From positions 372,001 to 436,000 of the forward strand of contig NC_134032.1 of assembly GCF_964204645.1 (NCBI RefSeq): DNA of 64,000 nt. The letters are read 5' to 3'. This DNA is from Tubulanus polymorphus. Lineage: Eukaryota > Animalia > Nemertea. Shown here one piece after another: positions 24,206 through 38,107 of the stretch. A program made the position numbers and the translations under genes. Position 1 is the first letter of the stretch, and each line of letters opens with the position of its first letter. A model generated the notes under the pieces. That model did not search any database, had not been told where the DNA came from, and worked only from the letters and a program-made list of their open reading frames with translations.

Positions 24206-24769
24206 GTTCACTCAAAAATGAGACACGAATTATTTTTTGTTCATCGATTCTTGTTTACTAATCATTTGAACTCGACAAAATTTTCGATATATTTTGATCG
24301 AAATTCAATTTCAATAATAGCTGCAGCTGGGCCGCCGATAGATCTTCCCTCGGCGCGTTAAGGGCGGCAGATCATCGGCAGATCTTTCTAGAGTAGATCG
24401 TCTAACCGATGTGTACCCGGGGTCACCCGAGCAAGGACGAGCATTTCCTCTTTATTTATCGAAATGAATGTTTCCCGCGTCAAAAGCGGATAAATCAATG
24501 CGTCATAAGCGCGCCGGGGTCGACGACCTCGAATGACGAATGTCTGTTCGCGCGCCGCGGTCTGAAAACGACGTTCGATTTTCGACAACCGATAGTTTTC
24601 GAGAGGAATAAGTTTAACGAAGCGAGTTGTTCGTTTATGAGTTCGGGTCATCAGAGCGCAACGGAACATCGACAACGAACATCGCGGAAAAAGAAAGTTG
24701 ATTATATACGCCTGCTTGCAGCTACTGTAGCTGGTGTGGTCACCACCACGCCAGCTTTTAGTTGTATCG

Positions 24770-25100
24770 CTTTTAGTTATATACGACAAGTATCCAGCAC
24801 TGACGGGCAAACAAACGTTGACGTCACGTGCAACACCCTCTATTGGTGGTCAGGCACATTAAGTGATTTTCATAACGGACCTTCGAAGTTCCTAAATCCC
24901 CTGATTCAATCTTTTGTTGTTATGTACGGCAAGTCTCCGGCACTGACGGACAAAAACAAACTTTGATCTTTAGTCAAACCATGGACTCTTAAAACAAATG
25001 GTCAAAAACAATGATCTAGGTCTCTACGACTCATCAATTCCTCAAAAACTCCTTCGAAATGGAAAACAAACTATGACATCACGTACAGCGCCCTCTATTC
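24770..25100 (+). repeat. Dispersed repeat with internal duplication; second copy at 43055-43215
   Basis: cactgacgggca..c.aac...ac.tcacgt.caacaccctctattggtg and cctgattcaat..tt.ttgttatgt at both loci. Confidence 0.75.
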
Positions 25101-26339
25101 GGGGAATGAGGTACTATGTAGCACACGACCGATGATTACTGCTATTATACACTGCGATTGCATCAGGTGAGATACTTGTGGGTGTAACCTAAGATTAGGT
25201 GTAACTCTCACGTATCTGCTGGCAATGTATGTCACTGGTTTATATCACAATTCAATATTCATTGATTACATCTCCATATAACAGTCTTAAACCTCTCCCA
25301 CACTGGTGACTGTATGCGCAAGCACTCTTGTGACCCTCACTTCCCTCATACCTCATTAGTAACGCGCCTTATGCATTGTTCTCGTGTAGACCACAATCAG
25401 ATGGCACAACAGTGTCGGCCTTGACATTTTGTTTTTTTTCTAGTTCGATTAGGCCGCGCAGGCTGTTTTCAGCCTAGCGCAAGACAGGAATACATGTTCA
25501 CGCAACAGAAGTATACCAAGGATTTTTTATTTTAGTTAATTAATTGTTTAGATTGTTTAAATTATGATTTTATTGCCCCGTTTTTACATGAAATGAAAAT
25601 TTGAAGATGAAAATTAAAATATACACGAAATTTTCGGATTCCATCAAATTCTATCCGTGATATCTCAGATTCTGTCTAGCTAAGCGGGATAACTGGTGAA
25701 GCGCGCCATCTGGCGGGATGCCACGGAATTCCGGCGAAGTCAAAATTGACGAGAAAGTTGTTCCGGCGGCAATCGATTGTAATTTAGCTAAATGTAGCGG
25801 ACACTGGCAGTCGAGTAGTCGTCGTGTTTATAGTTTATCAATATCGTTTTAAGTCCGCGGGAAATTGACCGGTGTGTTAGCATAACATCGTATGAAACAT
25901 TAAATCCATTTGTATCCCCCTGTCCCCCCTGTCCACCCCCTCCCCCTCCCCCCGCGCTGCATTAGCCGCACTATCAATGGTCGATTATTCCTTATATGGT
26001 TACGTCGTCGATACTTATCTAGCTATGACGTCATTAATTAAGGTACATACAGTTCTCCTAAAAGAGTCGTAAGTTCCAAATTTCTAGGTATATCTTACAT
26101 CAAGGTTTTCGACGAAAAAACGTAAAAAAGTTTATCACGTGGTATTGGCTTCATTCACGGTCATCCGCCGTGTGAAGAATAAGTTACTTATCTCCAGACT
26201 TTATTCCGGTGCCTGGAAAATCAAAGTTGCTGCAAGAAAATGAGCTGCTTTTGATCACCGAAAGACCTACTCTCAGTGGCGCCACCTAGCGGTCGTCGGT
26301 TAGTGTTTTATGTTAAGATTCAGGTCGCAATCCGCAATC

Positions 26340-26785
26340 GAGGAGAGAGGGGAGAGGGGAGAGGGGAGAGGGGAGAGGGGAGAGGGAAGAGGGAAGAGGG
26401 AGAGGGAGAGCCAGGAGAGGGAGATGGAGAGGGAGGGGGAGGGGAGAGGCAGAGGGGAGAGAGGAGAGGAAAGGGGAGAGAGAGAGGGAGATGGAGAGGG
26501 AGATGGAGAGGGGAGAGAGAGGGAGAGGGGAGATGGAGAGGGAGGGGGAGGGGAGAGGCAGAGGGGAGAGAGGAGAGGAAAGGGGGAGAGAGAGAGAGGG
26601 AGAGCCAGGAGAGGGAGATGGAGAGGGAGGGGGAGAGGGGAGAGGGGAGAGGGGAGAGAGGAGAGGAAAGGGGAGAGAGAGAGAGGGAGAGCCAGGAGAG
26701 GGAGATGGAGAGGGAGGGGGAGAGGGGAGAGGGGAGAGGGGAGAGGGGAGAGAGGAGGGAAAGAGGAGGGAAAGAGGAGAGAGAA
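26340..26785. repeat. GA-rich compound microsatellite with gagagccaggagaggg subunits
   Basis: The same subunit occurs at 30200-30530 and 33815-34100. Confidence 0.9.
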
Positions 26786-28134
26786 TTATGAATAATAAAC
26801 TGAAATCATAAAACCATACGATTGATTACGAACACTTCTAAATTTACAAACGCTCTCCGCTAATTTCCTCTCTCTCTCTCACGATCCAGTAGCGAGTATT
26901 AATGTATCCAGTGTATTATTGAATTCACTAATCGCGCTCTCAGAATTACATTCGTAAACACAATTAGTTAATACAACAAGCGCGAGCACATTAAAACTAC
27001 TAAATAAAACAAACCCCGTTATAAACGACAATAGACAACTAGTATCGGCTCTCTAAACGGTGTTTTCGATGGCCATCACGCTGTCCGCGTTATTTGCATA
27101 ATTTATCATCTTTATTTCGATGATACATCGAAATCATAAAAGCGGCGCCGTTTTTATACCACGTCAGATTAAAACGCTCGCAAATTGAATTTGCTTCGCC
27201 CCGAATTACAGTCGGTTCTATGGTCGTGCGGAATTGAAACACGAATTGATTATAACACCAGCGCTGCGGTTTAGATGGATATTCCCGTCTATGACTAAAT
27301 ATTAAGTAAATAACTAATATCTGATGCTATAAAACTCGCACCAGTTGCTTCATGTTTTCCAGAAGAGGAAAACAGTTTCCAGTTTCTAGGCGCCATTTTG
27401 TTGCGGTCCCTCGAGGTTCCCCCGATCGTTGCGATAGTTTTCACTCTCTTTGAAACATAAGTTTCGATTGAATATCACGAAGCTCCGCAGTCCCTCGCTT
27501 GATTAACTTGATTCATACACCATTTTAAAGCTGCAAATTAAATGCAGATATTTGCCGTGGATTGTTGGGATTTTTTCAATTCAAAAATTGAGAGCAAGCG
27601 ACGATGTGAAACCAAGGACCGACGTTTTTAAAACTTAAAGTTTTTTCACGAAACTGCTCCCTCTGAAAAGCGTATTGGTATCGAATACGACAATTCATAA
27701 ATAGCGAATTAACAAATTTCACTTTCTAATACTTTGAAAACTATTGCTAGTCCATTGAATGATAATAGCAACTATACCGTCCCGATAGGTATAAACCCTA
27801 TTTTTCCAATTTGCTAACGGTAAAAGTGCGGTCTGTGTTGTGCCGCCGTTACCCTGGCAATCCTATTCACTCAACGCGGCTCGAACTAATCCCCGAGCTC
27901 GTTTTTCGATGAATCTAGTTTCCCGGCGGAGGAAGTTTTAGCTTTTTTTTTAAACTAGGCACTATCGCTATACCGCAGTTGCTGCCTGTATCCCCTGGGT
28001 GGGTGGGCGCTGATTGAAGTGAAGATCGTTGTCAATATCGATAGTTGTGGCAATAGTAAAGGGACGAGTCATAAAGTAGATGCTTGAATGAATTCGTTTT
28101 TGCGGTATTCGTTTAGCAGAGAACAAAGCGTACC

Positions 28135-28715
28135 GCGAGGGAGAGAGAGGGGAGGAGATGGGAGTGGGAGAGAGGGGGTGAAGGGAAGAGAGCGAGAATG
28201 GGAAGAGGGGAGAGATAGTGGGGGAGGAGGAAGGGAAATAGTGGAAGATGGTGGAGAAAGCGACGAGGGGAGAGAGAGGGGAGGCGATGGGAGTGGGAGG
28301 GAGAGGGAGCAAGGATGAGGGGAGAGAGGGGAACAGAGGAAGAATGGAGACAGCGGGGGAGAGAGGTGAGGGGGAGCGAGTGAGGATGAGATAGTAGGTA
28401 GGGGTGAGGGGAGAGAGCAAGAATACTAAGAGGGGTGAAAAGAGAGATGGGAAGAGGGGAGAGAGTGGGGAACAAAGGCAGAATAGAGACAGTGGGAAAT
28501 AGTGGAGAGAGAGAGGTGCGAGAGTGACACGAGAGAGTGGGGTAAGGGAAGGGAGCGAGAATGGGAAGAGGGGAGAGGGAACCGAAGAAGACTGGAGAGA
28601 GTAGAGAGAGAAGGAAAGAGTGGGGAGAGGGAGTGACTGTGCGGTATAAGGTTAGGTCGAATAGATCGAAAGAGAGTAAGAAGAGATGAGACGAGAGGGG
28701 GAGGAGAGAGAATCT
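28135..28715. repeat. Degenerate GA-rich tract
   Basis: Purine-rich on +, source of several spurious ORFs. Confidence 0.85.
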
Positions 28716-29621
28716 GAAAGAGCATAACGTCAGCGATAAGGATGTTTACGTCATCAATACACGTTGAGACGCGTTGAAACTAAACAGGCGCGGAGTTGAT
28801 TTTGAATAAATCGATTGTTGATTTCTCGTCGGCATTAGCGGAGACAGAGAGTAGGTCGCAGAGGGCAGTACGTGGAGAAAATCTCTAGAGAGAATTCCAT
28901 ATGAACTCTTGATTAAATGCATTAACAGCAAGCATTGGCACCAACACTCAGCGAGTCTATAGCGGCACTATTGACTCGAGTATGTCGCATCAATGCGAGC
29001 TGCGCCGTCTCGAGAATCGGGCGCAGTATCAACCATTTCCTTCGTACGGAAACCGACAGTCGACGTTCGACGAACGATTCGCGATTATCAACACAATTTC
29101 CCCGTTATTTCCTATCAATTTGAGATCGGATATCGCGTATCGTATATCGTATATCGAAGCGATTATTCAATGGGACACGCGGACGGATTCTACTGGCAGT
29201 GGTCATTACTTCCGGCGAAACGGCAGTCGACCGTTCGCACTTCTTTGATGACATTGATTCCGCTTGAAGCCCCTATACGCGCCTGCTGTGTACCGATCAA
29301 TGTTAGGCATGGCAATATCTGTGAACCCATGGAACAGTGAAGAACTCCGAAAGTTGTGGTTCAATCTGAATCCTTTATTTTTTGGCTCCGTGTTCCCAGC
29401 GTTCAAATTGAAAACGTCCATTTAAGTGCCCCCCCCCCCCCCAGTTACACGAACATATTTGTCGCAGACAGTTCGATAAATTATTCAGGCAAGCTCGATT
29501 CAAAATCTGCCGAACATAGCTGATTAGGAACCTTAGTCTATTTTGCCTTAAAAATGACTTTTGTCCGGGTTCGAATCGTGGATCTTTATTGTTCGAAAAT
29601 TCAATTTCGTCAGAATTATAT

Positions 29622-29745
29622 TCTCCCTGCCGATGAGGTGCTGCAACCTCTCCCTGTCGGTGAGGTACTGCAACCTCTCCCTGTCGGTGAGGCACTGCAA
29701 CCTCTCCCTGCCGATGAGGTGCTGCAACCTCTCCCTGCTGGTGAG
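29622..29745. repeat. 27-bp minisatellite, about 4.5 copies
   Basis: ctccctg(c/t)cg(a/g)tgaggtgctgcaacct. Confidence 0.9.
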
Positions 29746-30199
29746 GAGGATAGAATTATAAATAGATTCCCCACGGAATTGTTAACTATAATGGGCGACG
29801 CGTGTAGACAGTTACTCGGAGACGAATCGGGACGGGAAAATAACGCGAAATTGCTCTCAAACTAGGATGACGGGCAATTTAACCACGAAATGATGGCCTG
29901 AAATATGTGTTCAGTTCGTGAAGAGATGCGCGCCTCTGATTGGTGGGCGATGCGCGCGCACGTGTAACGGGAATCTACACTGATCTCGTCAGCTATGACT
30001 CCGGGCTGAAAACCTGTAATGATTCCCCGCGATGTGATATCATATTCGCCGTTATATCGAGTGTCAATATACAGAATGAATCCCGCGATAAAATAACAAT
30101 CTTCCCGCACAGTAACAGATAATCTCATATAGACAGGAACGGGAATAAATAATATCGAATCCAATTTCATATAAACCAGTTCATCATCACACTCAACGA

Positions 30200-30530
30200 G
30201 AGGGAGAGATGGGCTGGGAGAGAGAGAGGGAGAGGGAGAGGGAGAGCCAGGAGAGGGAGAGCCAGGAGAGCCAGGAGAGGGAGAGGGAGAGCCAGGAGAG
30301 GGAGAGCCAGGAGAGGGAGAGCCAGGAGAGCCAGGAGAGGGAGAGGGAGAGAGAGAGGGAGAGGGAGAGGGAGAGAGAGATGGAGAGGGAGAGGGAGAGG
30401 GAGAGCCGGGAGAGGGAGAGCCAGGAGAGGGAGAGGGAGCCAGGAGAGGGAGAGCCAGGAGAGGGAGAGCCAGGAGAGGGAGAGCCAGGAGAGGGAGAGC
30501 CAGGAGAGGGAGAGCCAGGAGAGGGAGAAG
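30200..30530. repeat. (GGAGAG)n / 15-bp gagggagagccagga compound repeat
   Basis: Direct reading. Confidence 0.9.
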
Positions 30531-33500
30531 GAATGTTTAATGATGCACTGTAACAGCTATAACTACCGGTGGAGACAGTGTTACACACCCCCGGGGGATT
30601 CTACCACAGCATTTATAGACGTGTCAATACAAACAGAGAGCGAGGTCTGGGCTATCAGTTAACCAGTCAGAAACATCGCACAATGGACGCCAGGTTTTAT
30701 AGACGATTCCGGCATGTACGGGTTTCATTTTTGAAAGTCGAGCCAATTAAACTGAATTCGTCGCATCGACGTCGTCTTCATGCTTAAGCCTCAATTCCCG
30801 ATTTCCAATTCAATTTACTAAGTGTAACCCATCGTTTGGATAAGTCGTCACATTACTGAAGTCATCTCTATTTTTTGAGTCCCGACGCGTGTGTGTAATT
30901 CAATTTCCTAAGTGTAATTCGTCATTTGTAATAATTTGTTGACATCATGATAGTCGCTACAACGACCTATAAGCTGTAAGTGTGCTGACTAAATTAGCTT
31001 TTGTTTATCGCAAATAGACAATTCGCTTGTGCGAACATCCTGGGAAACATTTTACACTGGAAACAATTCAAGCAACTCGTGCAGACCAACTCAAAATCAA
31101 CTTCATTGTGTCACGAGAATTATAAGTTGGCCGAGGGAGTTCGTGATAACATTTTCGTGCTTAGGACCAAACGCATTACTGAACCGATGAATAGGCTTAC
31201 AGTCACCGTAGCACCCTCTAACTATATACAGGGTCGAGCTTCATGCGACAGGTCGAGATTTGCCGAGATTCAGATTCATTTAATTATTGTATCTTTCCGA
31301 AGTTGTTTTGACCATTCGGGAATAACTCTTATAGACAGTGACAGAAACAAAAGCCATCTACGCATCGGGTGTAAAGATTATGGCATCAAATAAAATCTTT
31401 TTGCTGTTAGTTACTTTATATTTTCAATAAGGGCAATAATTCAAACTTGACCGTTTTGATTTGAAACTTTTTCAGAAACTTGGAAGCTGTTAAAGGCTTT
31501 ACCAAGTCTTGGCAGTGGTTGTCTCCACAGAGATCTCCGTCGCTCTACGATCCTAGTGTTTAACCAAACAGCGGTACAACAGACACTAAGGTTCTTGGTG
31601 AATAAAAATGCATACGTCACTTAAAGCAATACTGAGGTTTGTAGTTCAGCCTTATCTAACGGATTTTGAAACGTCCGACTTCGATTCTATAGATATCGTC
31701 TGCTGAACTCCGAAACCGGGACGTATTATACCGAAATCAATTCAATAATGTTTGATAATAATTACACGACATTTCATCGGAAATCGGTGGAACTATGAAA
31801 ACCGAATTAAACCTCATCCGATTCAATCGATTGAATTTGTTTAGTTTTCATTCACTATTCATTCACTATTCTCTCGAGCGCGCGCCACTCAGACCTCGCT
31901 CGCCGCAGCCTGCACCGCCTCGTGTGTATCGTATATTGAGTTTTATTTCCTATCCAGTTTTAAACGAATGATTGCCCGTTTAAATATTAATTCTCCTAAT
32001 TTGCAGTCGTCGAAAACTGATGTCTCTCTCCTTCCTCCCTCTCTCTCTCATCCCCTCTCTCTTTCACCTCTCTATCCTCTAGCCCTCTCTTCCCGGCCTC
32101 TCCCCCTTCTCCCTCTCTCTCTTCCGCTCCCCTCCCTTCCACTCTCCCCTCTCTCTCTCCCCCCTCTCCCCTCTAACTCCCTCTCCTCTGAGTTTCTCCA
32201 CCCTCTCTCGCCTCCCTCTCTCTTTCCATTCCTCTCAGTTTCTCCTTTCTCCCTCCATCTCCTCTCTTCCTCCCCTCTAAGTTATATTTTTCTCTCTCCT
32301 CCCTCTCTCTCTCCTCTCTCTTCCTCTCTCCCTCTCTCTCTCCTCTCTTTCTCCCTCTCTCATATTCAGCAGAACTGTTCATCGTTCAGAATGTCCTCTT
32401 AATACACACACACACATTATATATCAATGCAATATATCGCGCGATTACAAATCGATATATTGAACTTTAAGCCTCTTGATCTAATCGGATTATGGATAAT
32501 CCATCGATCCTCGAATTACCGATAATCCGTTAATCCTCACGTGAATGTATCGCATTATTGCAGCAGTGTCGCATACGAAACCCTTGTCGTTGAGAGATAA
32601 GGAATGACACGTAAACGACCAAAGGGTCTGAGTGCAACATGACTCTATATACAGGCAGCACATATATATACCCAGCGTGCGCGGGCGGGCCGGGAAGAGC
32701 GGATAAACAGCGTAGTAAACAAAACAAATTTACAGCAAAAACCTGCCGTTGATTTCCAAACCAGCGCCAGAGAAAAAAGCTTTTAAATTCGACTCAGAGA
32801 AAACAAACATCTGCAACTAGTTCCACGCGAAGTTGAAATTCGAATTTTTGTTTTAATTGCTATCAGTTACCACGAGGAGAGGCATCGATTGAAACTTGAC
32901 CGATTTGAGCTCAAACTTTTCAAGAATCCGCCCTCTGATGAGTTTGAGAAGTTGATTTAAGGGGGGGGGGATGTTGTTTGGGAGGGGGCTAACATGAATA
33001 GATGTAGGATAGGCGGGTATTTAGCTAGAGTCCACCCAGAACACACCATATACCGGAGAAACATGTTGTCGTTAGAGGTCGCGACCACTGTCTCGACGTC
33101 CCAGGGAAATCAAACTAGTAGCATACAGAACCCGGGATCTGAACGTTATTCCAACCCTGGTTAGTACCCTCAATGCGGAATCCACTGTGACGTTAGCCGG
33201 AGTCCAGTACGCGCACTGTAACAACCGTAGGGTGTGGTTAGCTGGGCCTTATTTAGGAAACTAAACCCTCGGAAACTATGGAAAAATGCCCTTCTTCCAA
33301 ATATTAACGTTACATGCTATAGAACTGCCCTTTTGTCCGGAATTCAAATGCTAAATACGGCTCTGAGTGTGTGTTTTGGGGGGGGGGGGGTAATGAGGTA
33401 AGGTGTGATACTAGAGTCACCCAGAACGCCAATGTCAGTTGGGAAAAACACACGGAACTCAGGATGTGAACGTACCCTCCGCACTAGAGCGCCACTGACG

Positions 33501-35286
33501 CCGGCTCCATGCCGCTCTGATCTTGCCGCCCGAGTCCAGCCAGCGCTCGCCGGTGATTTTATAACACCAGCAGCAAATCATAAGTCGATATTAAATTCCT
33601 GCAAGAACTACAGTCACGTCACACAGTAATCTTTATATATCGAATTATCCGTCGAGTAGACAAGTTATAATGTATTGTACTCGATCGAGTTGCGGCAGTT
33701 ACTGCGCTGCTCGGCGGAATTCACTTTCACTCAGGAATCTCAGACCATATCAGACTCGGGCTGATATTATTTCTGGTGATTGACGAGAAGCGCACTGGTA
33801 TTCTTCAACTAGTGGGGAGAGAGAGAGGGAGAGAGGGAGAGGGAGACGGAGACGGAGAGCCAGGAGAGGGAGAGGGAGAGGCAGAGGGAGGGAGAGGAGA
33901 GACGAAGATAGACAGGGAGAAAGAAAGGAGGGAGACGGAGACACGGAAATGGAGATAGAGGGGGAAACGGAGAGGGAGGGAGAGGGGAGACGAAGAGAAA
34001 GAGGGCGGAAAGAGAGAGTAAGAGAGGGGAGACGGAGAGGGAGAGAGAGAGAGAGAGACGTAGAGAGTCAGGGAGAGAGCGGAGAGAAAGGAGGCGGACA
34101 GAGATCCTGGTAATATGAAGATGTTATGAAGATGTTATTAAGTCACTACGTCGCTCATTTTACTAAAAGCTTCCACCAGACAGAAAGAGGAGGAAGAAGA
34201 GGAAGAGAGAGAGCGAGAGAGAGAGAGAGAGAGAGAGAGAGGAAGCCATTTTATATCGAATATAAAATCAGTGGTAATTGATATAACTAAGCCGCTGCTG
34301 ATGTTGCCGCTATATCAGATTCTGGATGAGTTGAGTGGTCTGGAGACTGATTCCAAGTCGGCATCGTCTGCAATTCGAGCAGAAACATTCTCCGCTCGAC
34401 ACGTTTCAACGACCCGTGACGTCATCGAGGAGACGTGAACGGCTAAGCGCGTATATCTACTGGTCCATGAGCGTTATGCCATTGCGTGCCATGTATGTTT
34501 GGAATCACGGTTACCGAACTCGGTAACTTTTTAGTCCATCCTTAGAAGTTTTGAAATCTCAGATTGAGACACATCTATCAGTTCGTTCATCGGTCGTTTA
34601 ATTTTTACTTTGTTTTGATCTCGATATACGGACGACTTTCCCTTTCAGTTTCTCATTGAAAACATGAAGTAACCATTGGCGATTACACCAACAAATTGAG
34701 TTTAAGTTTGTTTGTACATAACTTTTTTTTTCAAATCGTCATCAATTTTACCATAACAGACCCGGCATCTATAGAAACGAACTGATTACAAATTTTATCA
34801 AAAAATTGACCCGGCCGCTGCGAAGAAACAAGCTTTCATCTTCGTTTCGCCTAAAAGTTCCCACATTTCGTCTGAATTCATCTTATCCAAAGCGGCTGTT
34901 CATCAAAGAGTCTATACAGAAATACGGTTATAAAATTATTATCAATGTTATCATTAAGATGTTGAGAGCTCGTCGAGTTTCTATTATATAAACTCGAAAC
35001 GGCGCCGACTCTCGCCGAGAGACGACGACGATTCATAAGTCACAGTATCTGAGCCGATCTGACAGTTAACGGCGAGTAGGGAGAATCGTGATAAGATACC
35101 GATGATAAGTCGCTAATAAAACGCATGATAAGTTGGTAATAAGTCCCGACAGTTTACTCGACGTAAATAGTGCCGCGATGGGGACGGCAAACGAGTGTAT
35201 TATTGCGCGTCACGTTCTGTCAATTTACCGCCAACAGACTTCATAGTGATTAACAAGCGACCGACATCCGCCCCGCCCTCATAACC

Positions 35287-35530
35287 GAGTTAACCCTCTC
35301 CTGGCTATCCGACACGGGGAGTTTACCCTATACTAACCGACCTGGCTACCCGAGACGATGAGAGTTAACCAGTTACTACCAGAAAAGAGGAATTAACCCC
35401 CTTCTAACCGACACAGGGTTAACCCTCTCCTAACTGGCACGGGGAGTTAACCCTCTCCTAACTGGCACGGGGAGTTAACCCTCTCCTAACTGGCACGGGG
35501 AGTTAACCCTCTCCTAACCGGCACGGGGAG
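35287..35530. repeat. 28-bp minisatellite, degenerate on the left and near-perfect on the right
   Basis: gagttaaccctctcctaactggcacggg. Confidence 0.85.
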
Positions 35531-35537
35531 GATCATT

Positions 35538-35750
35538 ATCAGTATCAGTATCAGTATCAGTATCAGTATCAGTATCAGTATCAGTATCAGTATCAGTATC
35601 AGTACCAGTACCAGTACCAGTACCAGTACCAGAGTATCAGTATCAGTATCAGTATCAGTATCAGTATCAGTATCAGTATCAGTATCAGTATCAGTATCAG
35701 TATCAGTACCAGTACCAGTACCAGTACCAGAGTATCAGTATCAGTATCAG
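35538..35750. repeat. (CAGTAT)n/(CAGTAC)n compound microsatellite with block duplication
   Basis: Two successive TAT-then-TAC blocks, each ending in cagag. Confidence 0.95.
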
Positions 35751-36067
35751 CGTAAGCTTTACTTTGTTTCTAGTCAGCGCAGAGCCGAAAGGTCATTCGT
35801 GTATTGAGTTAAATGTGCGGGTCCCAACACACAACCTTGTGGTACACCACTTTTAATCTTTCTCAACTACGAACATTTGTTATTTATCGGAAAGCGAACA
35901 CACGATGCAGTTAATACCGAAGTGATTCATCCGCAAGTTGAATCTATGGTGGGTCGTGTGTATATCCGCAAGTTGAATCTATGGTGGGTCGTGGTGTGTC
36001 AAAAGCTTTTTGAAAATCTAAGAATACGATTTCATATATCATTGTCCATTCGTCGAGGTCGTGATCG

Positions 36068-36240
36068 AGTTCAAGTTCAAGTTAAAGTTCAAGTTCAAAT
36101 TTATTTCACGGAAAGCATGACAGGCTATGTACAGAGATTAATAACAATAAACTCTACAATTTTTAAACAAGTAAAATTATGAAAAGAGAGAGAAAAGTCT
36201 ATCTGTGTGGGCCAAGCAAAGCATTCAGGCCGCCGTTTCA
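36068..36240 (-). mobile_element. Retroposon 3' end with AATAAA and (TTGAAC)n tail
   Basis: Minus strand reads ...gcctgtcatgctttccgtgAAATAAAtttgaacttgaactttaacttgaacttgaac. Confidence 0.55.
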
Positions 36241-36685
36241 GGCAACCAGTCAAAATCTAGTAAGAAGTGTTTCCAGTTTGCGCGTATGATCACGTGACCA
36301 CTACACAATCCCTGGGTGATGTCATCGTCCCGATACGATCTGATGTATGTACACGGAATACTACATTTTATCAACAGTTTCAGCTGATCTCCCCGAGGAG
36401 CCACCAGATCCCCACGAGCCCGCGAATTCACTCCATTTCTTATCGTAATATCTGCAAATCGCTGGTCGTTATCGTAGAACGGTCGTACTATTGACCGCTG
36501 GGAACAAACATATCGAAACGCGACCAGGGTTGATTCGCGCGATTACGATCAATACAAGCACCGCGTTCGCGTGCGCGCGCGGGGACAACTGTAGCAAGGT
36601 CAAGGTCGTATTTAGATTTCGGTTCGATTCGCGTCGGATGTAAATTCAATTTGTAAAATGAACGAGAGTGAAACAAAGATAAGCG

Positions 36686-36688
<3 letters not shown>

Positions 36689-36717
<29 letters not shown>

Positions 36718-37031
36718 CATAGTGTCTGTGCAACATTAGTCACAATCAAAGGAGAGGGAGAGGGAGAGGGAGAGGGAGAGGGAGAGGGAGAGGGAGAGGG
36801 AGAGGGAGAGGGAGAGGGAGAGGGAGAGGGAGAGGGAGAGGGAGAGGGAGAGGGAGAGGGAGAGGGAGAGGGAGAGGGAGAGGGAGAGGGAGAGGGAGAG
36901 GGAGAGGGAGAGGGAGAGGGAGAGGGAGAGGGAGAGGGAGAGGGAGAGGGAGAGGGAGAGGGAGAGGGAGAGGGAGTGGGAGTGGGAGAGGGATAGGGAG
37001 TGGGAGAGGGATAGGGAGAGGGAGAGGGAGA
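36689..37031. repeat. (ACAT)n at 36689-36720 and long (GGAGAG)n at 36751-37031
   Basis: Direct reading. Confidence 0.97.
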
Positions 37032-37489
37032 GAACGATTCTGTCGACACTCGCTCTGATAATTCCACACGCTTTCTGAGACGGTTACATCAGAACATTTG
37101 TAACGATCAACAAGTCAGAACCAGGAGGCGGTATAGCTGCACCTGCACCTGCAGTCTCGACCGCCGATAATGTTTTACAAATTAGCTAAACTTTCCCCGC
37201 TCGCACCGGAGAGGAATTAACCTAACTTATCTACACCCGACTGACAGGCAACAACCAACACCGCGGCGTTAAGAGTTTTATACCGTGTAACTAACACTAA
37301 TCAACGCCTCAGAAACAGAGGCGAACAACTAATAAACTCAATTCATACACGACTTGAATCAGCAATATACAAATAGGTGCCAGTAGGTTATTACTCATGC
37401 TGCCCTATAATGCCGAGGTTTCTGGCGAACCTACGAGGACTCAAGTTTCAGCTGCCCGATATAAGAGCTCGAGTGGCTGAGATGAAAAA

Positions 37490-37710
37490 TCTGCGATGAA
37501 AACTGCGCGTAGAACTTTGCAAGACGCAAGTTTATGGACCACAGGCTTCTGTACGAATCAGAATTGACAGGATATGAATCAGAATGGTAAAATCTGAGAT
37601 GATAGCTGCGCGTAGAAATCTGCAAGATGCAAGTTTCTAAATAGCGTTCATGGACCACAGGCTTCTGTACGAATCAGAATTGATAGGATATGAATCGGAA
37701 TTGACAGGCT
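37490..37710. repeat. Direct duplication with a period of about 116 bp
   Basis: atggaccacaggcttctgtacgaatcagaattga.aggatatgaatc at about 37534 and 37650. Confidence 0.85.
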
Positions 37711-38107
37711 AGTTCGGTAAGGAATGGATCAACTGGTCAGTCCGAACGCGTAAATAATATATACTATATCTCCGCGATCGTATAAACATTTTAGCAATAC
37801 CGATTCTGTGTAAAGAGCTGGATTAGTTAAACGGAACAGTTGCGTGTTGTGCGTTGCGCTAATGATGATACAGTCACGGACTGTAGACTCGCATCAGCCT
37901 CGGGCTCAGCAGCCACCGCCGCCGCTATATACAACTCGCTGTCATTAAATTACCGCGCGAAATTCCGCTCACGTTCATTAAATATTAGTAAATTAACGGC
38001 GAGATGCTGATCTGTGCCCAGCCCTCTGGAGAGGGAGAAGGGAGAGGGAGAGGGAGAGGAAGGGGAGAGGGACGAAAGGGAGAGAAGAGGGACGAGGGAC
38101 GTTGGAC

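Noticed and set aside
24388-24966. 185-aa and 140-aa overlapping ORFs
   Set aside because: No recognisable domain; the 3' part overlaps a dispersed repeat.
31480-31515. Minus-strand DLGKAFNS resembling the RT DL.KAFD motif
   Set aside because: Isolated motif; flanking RT motifs not found.
26276-37069. Glu/Gly/Arg- or Ser/Pro/Leu-rich ORFs
   Set aside because: Products of GA/CT microsatellites.
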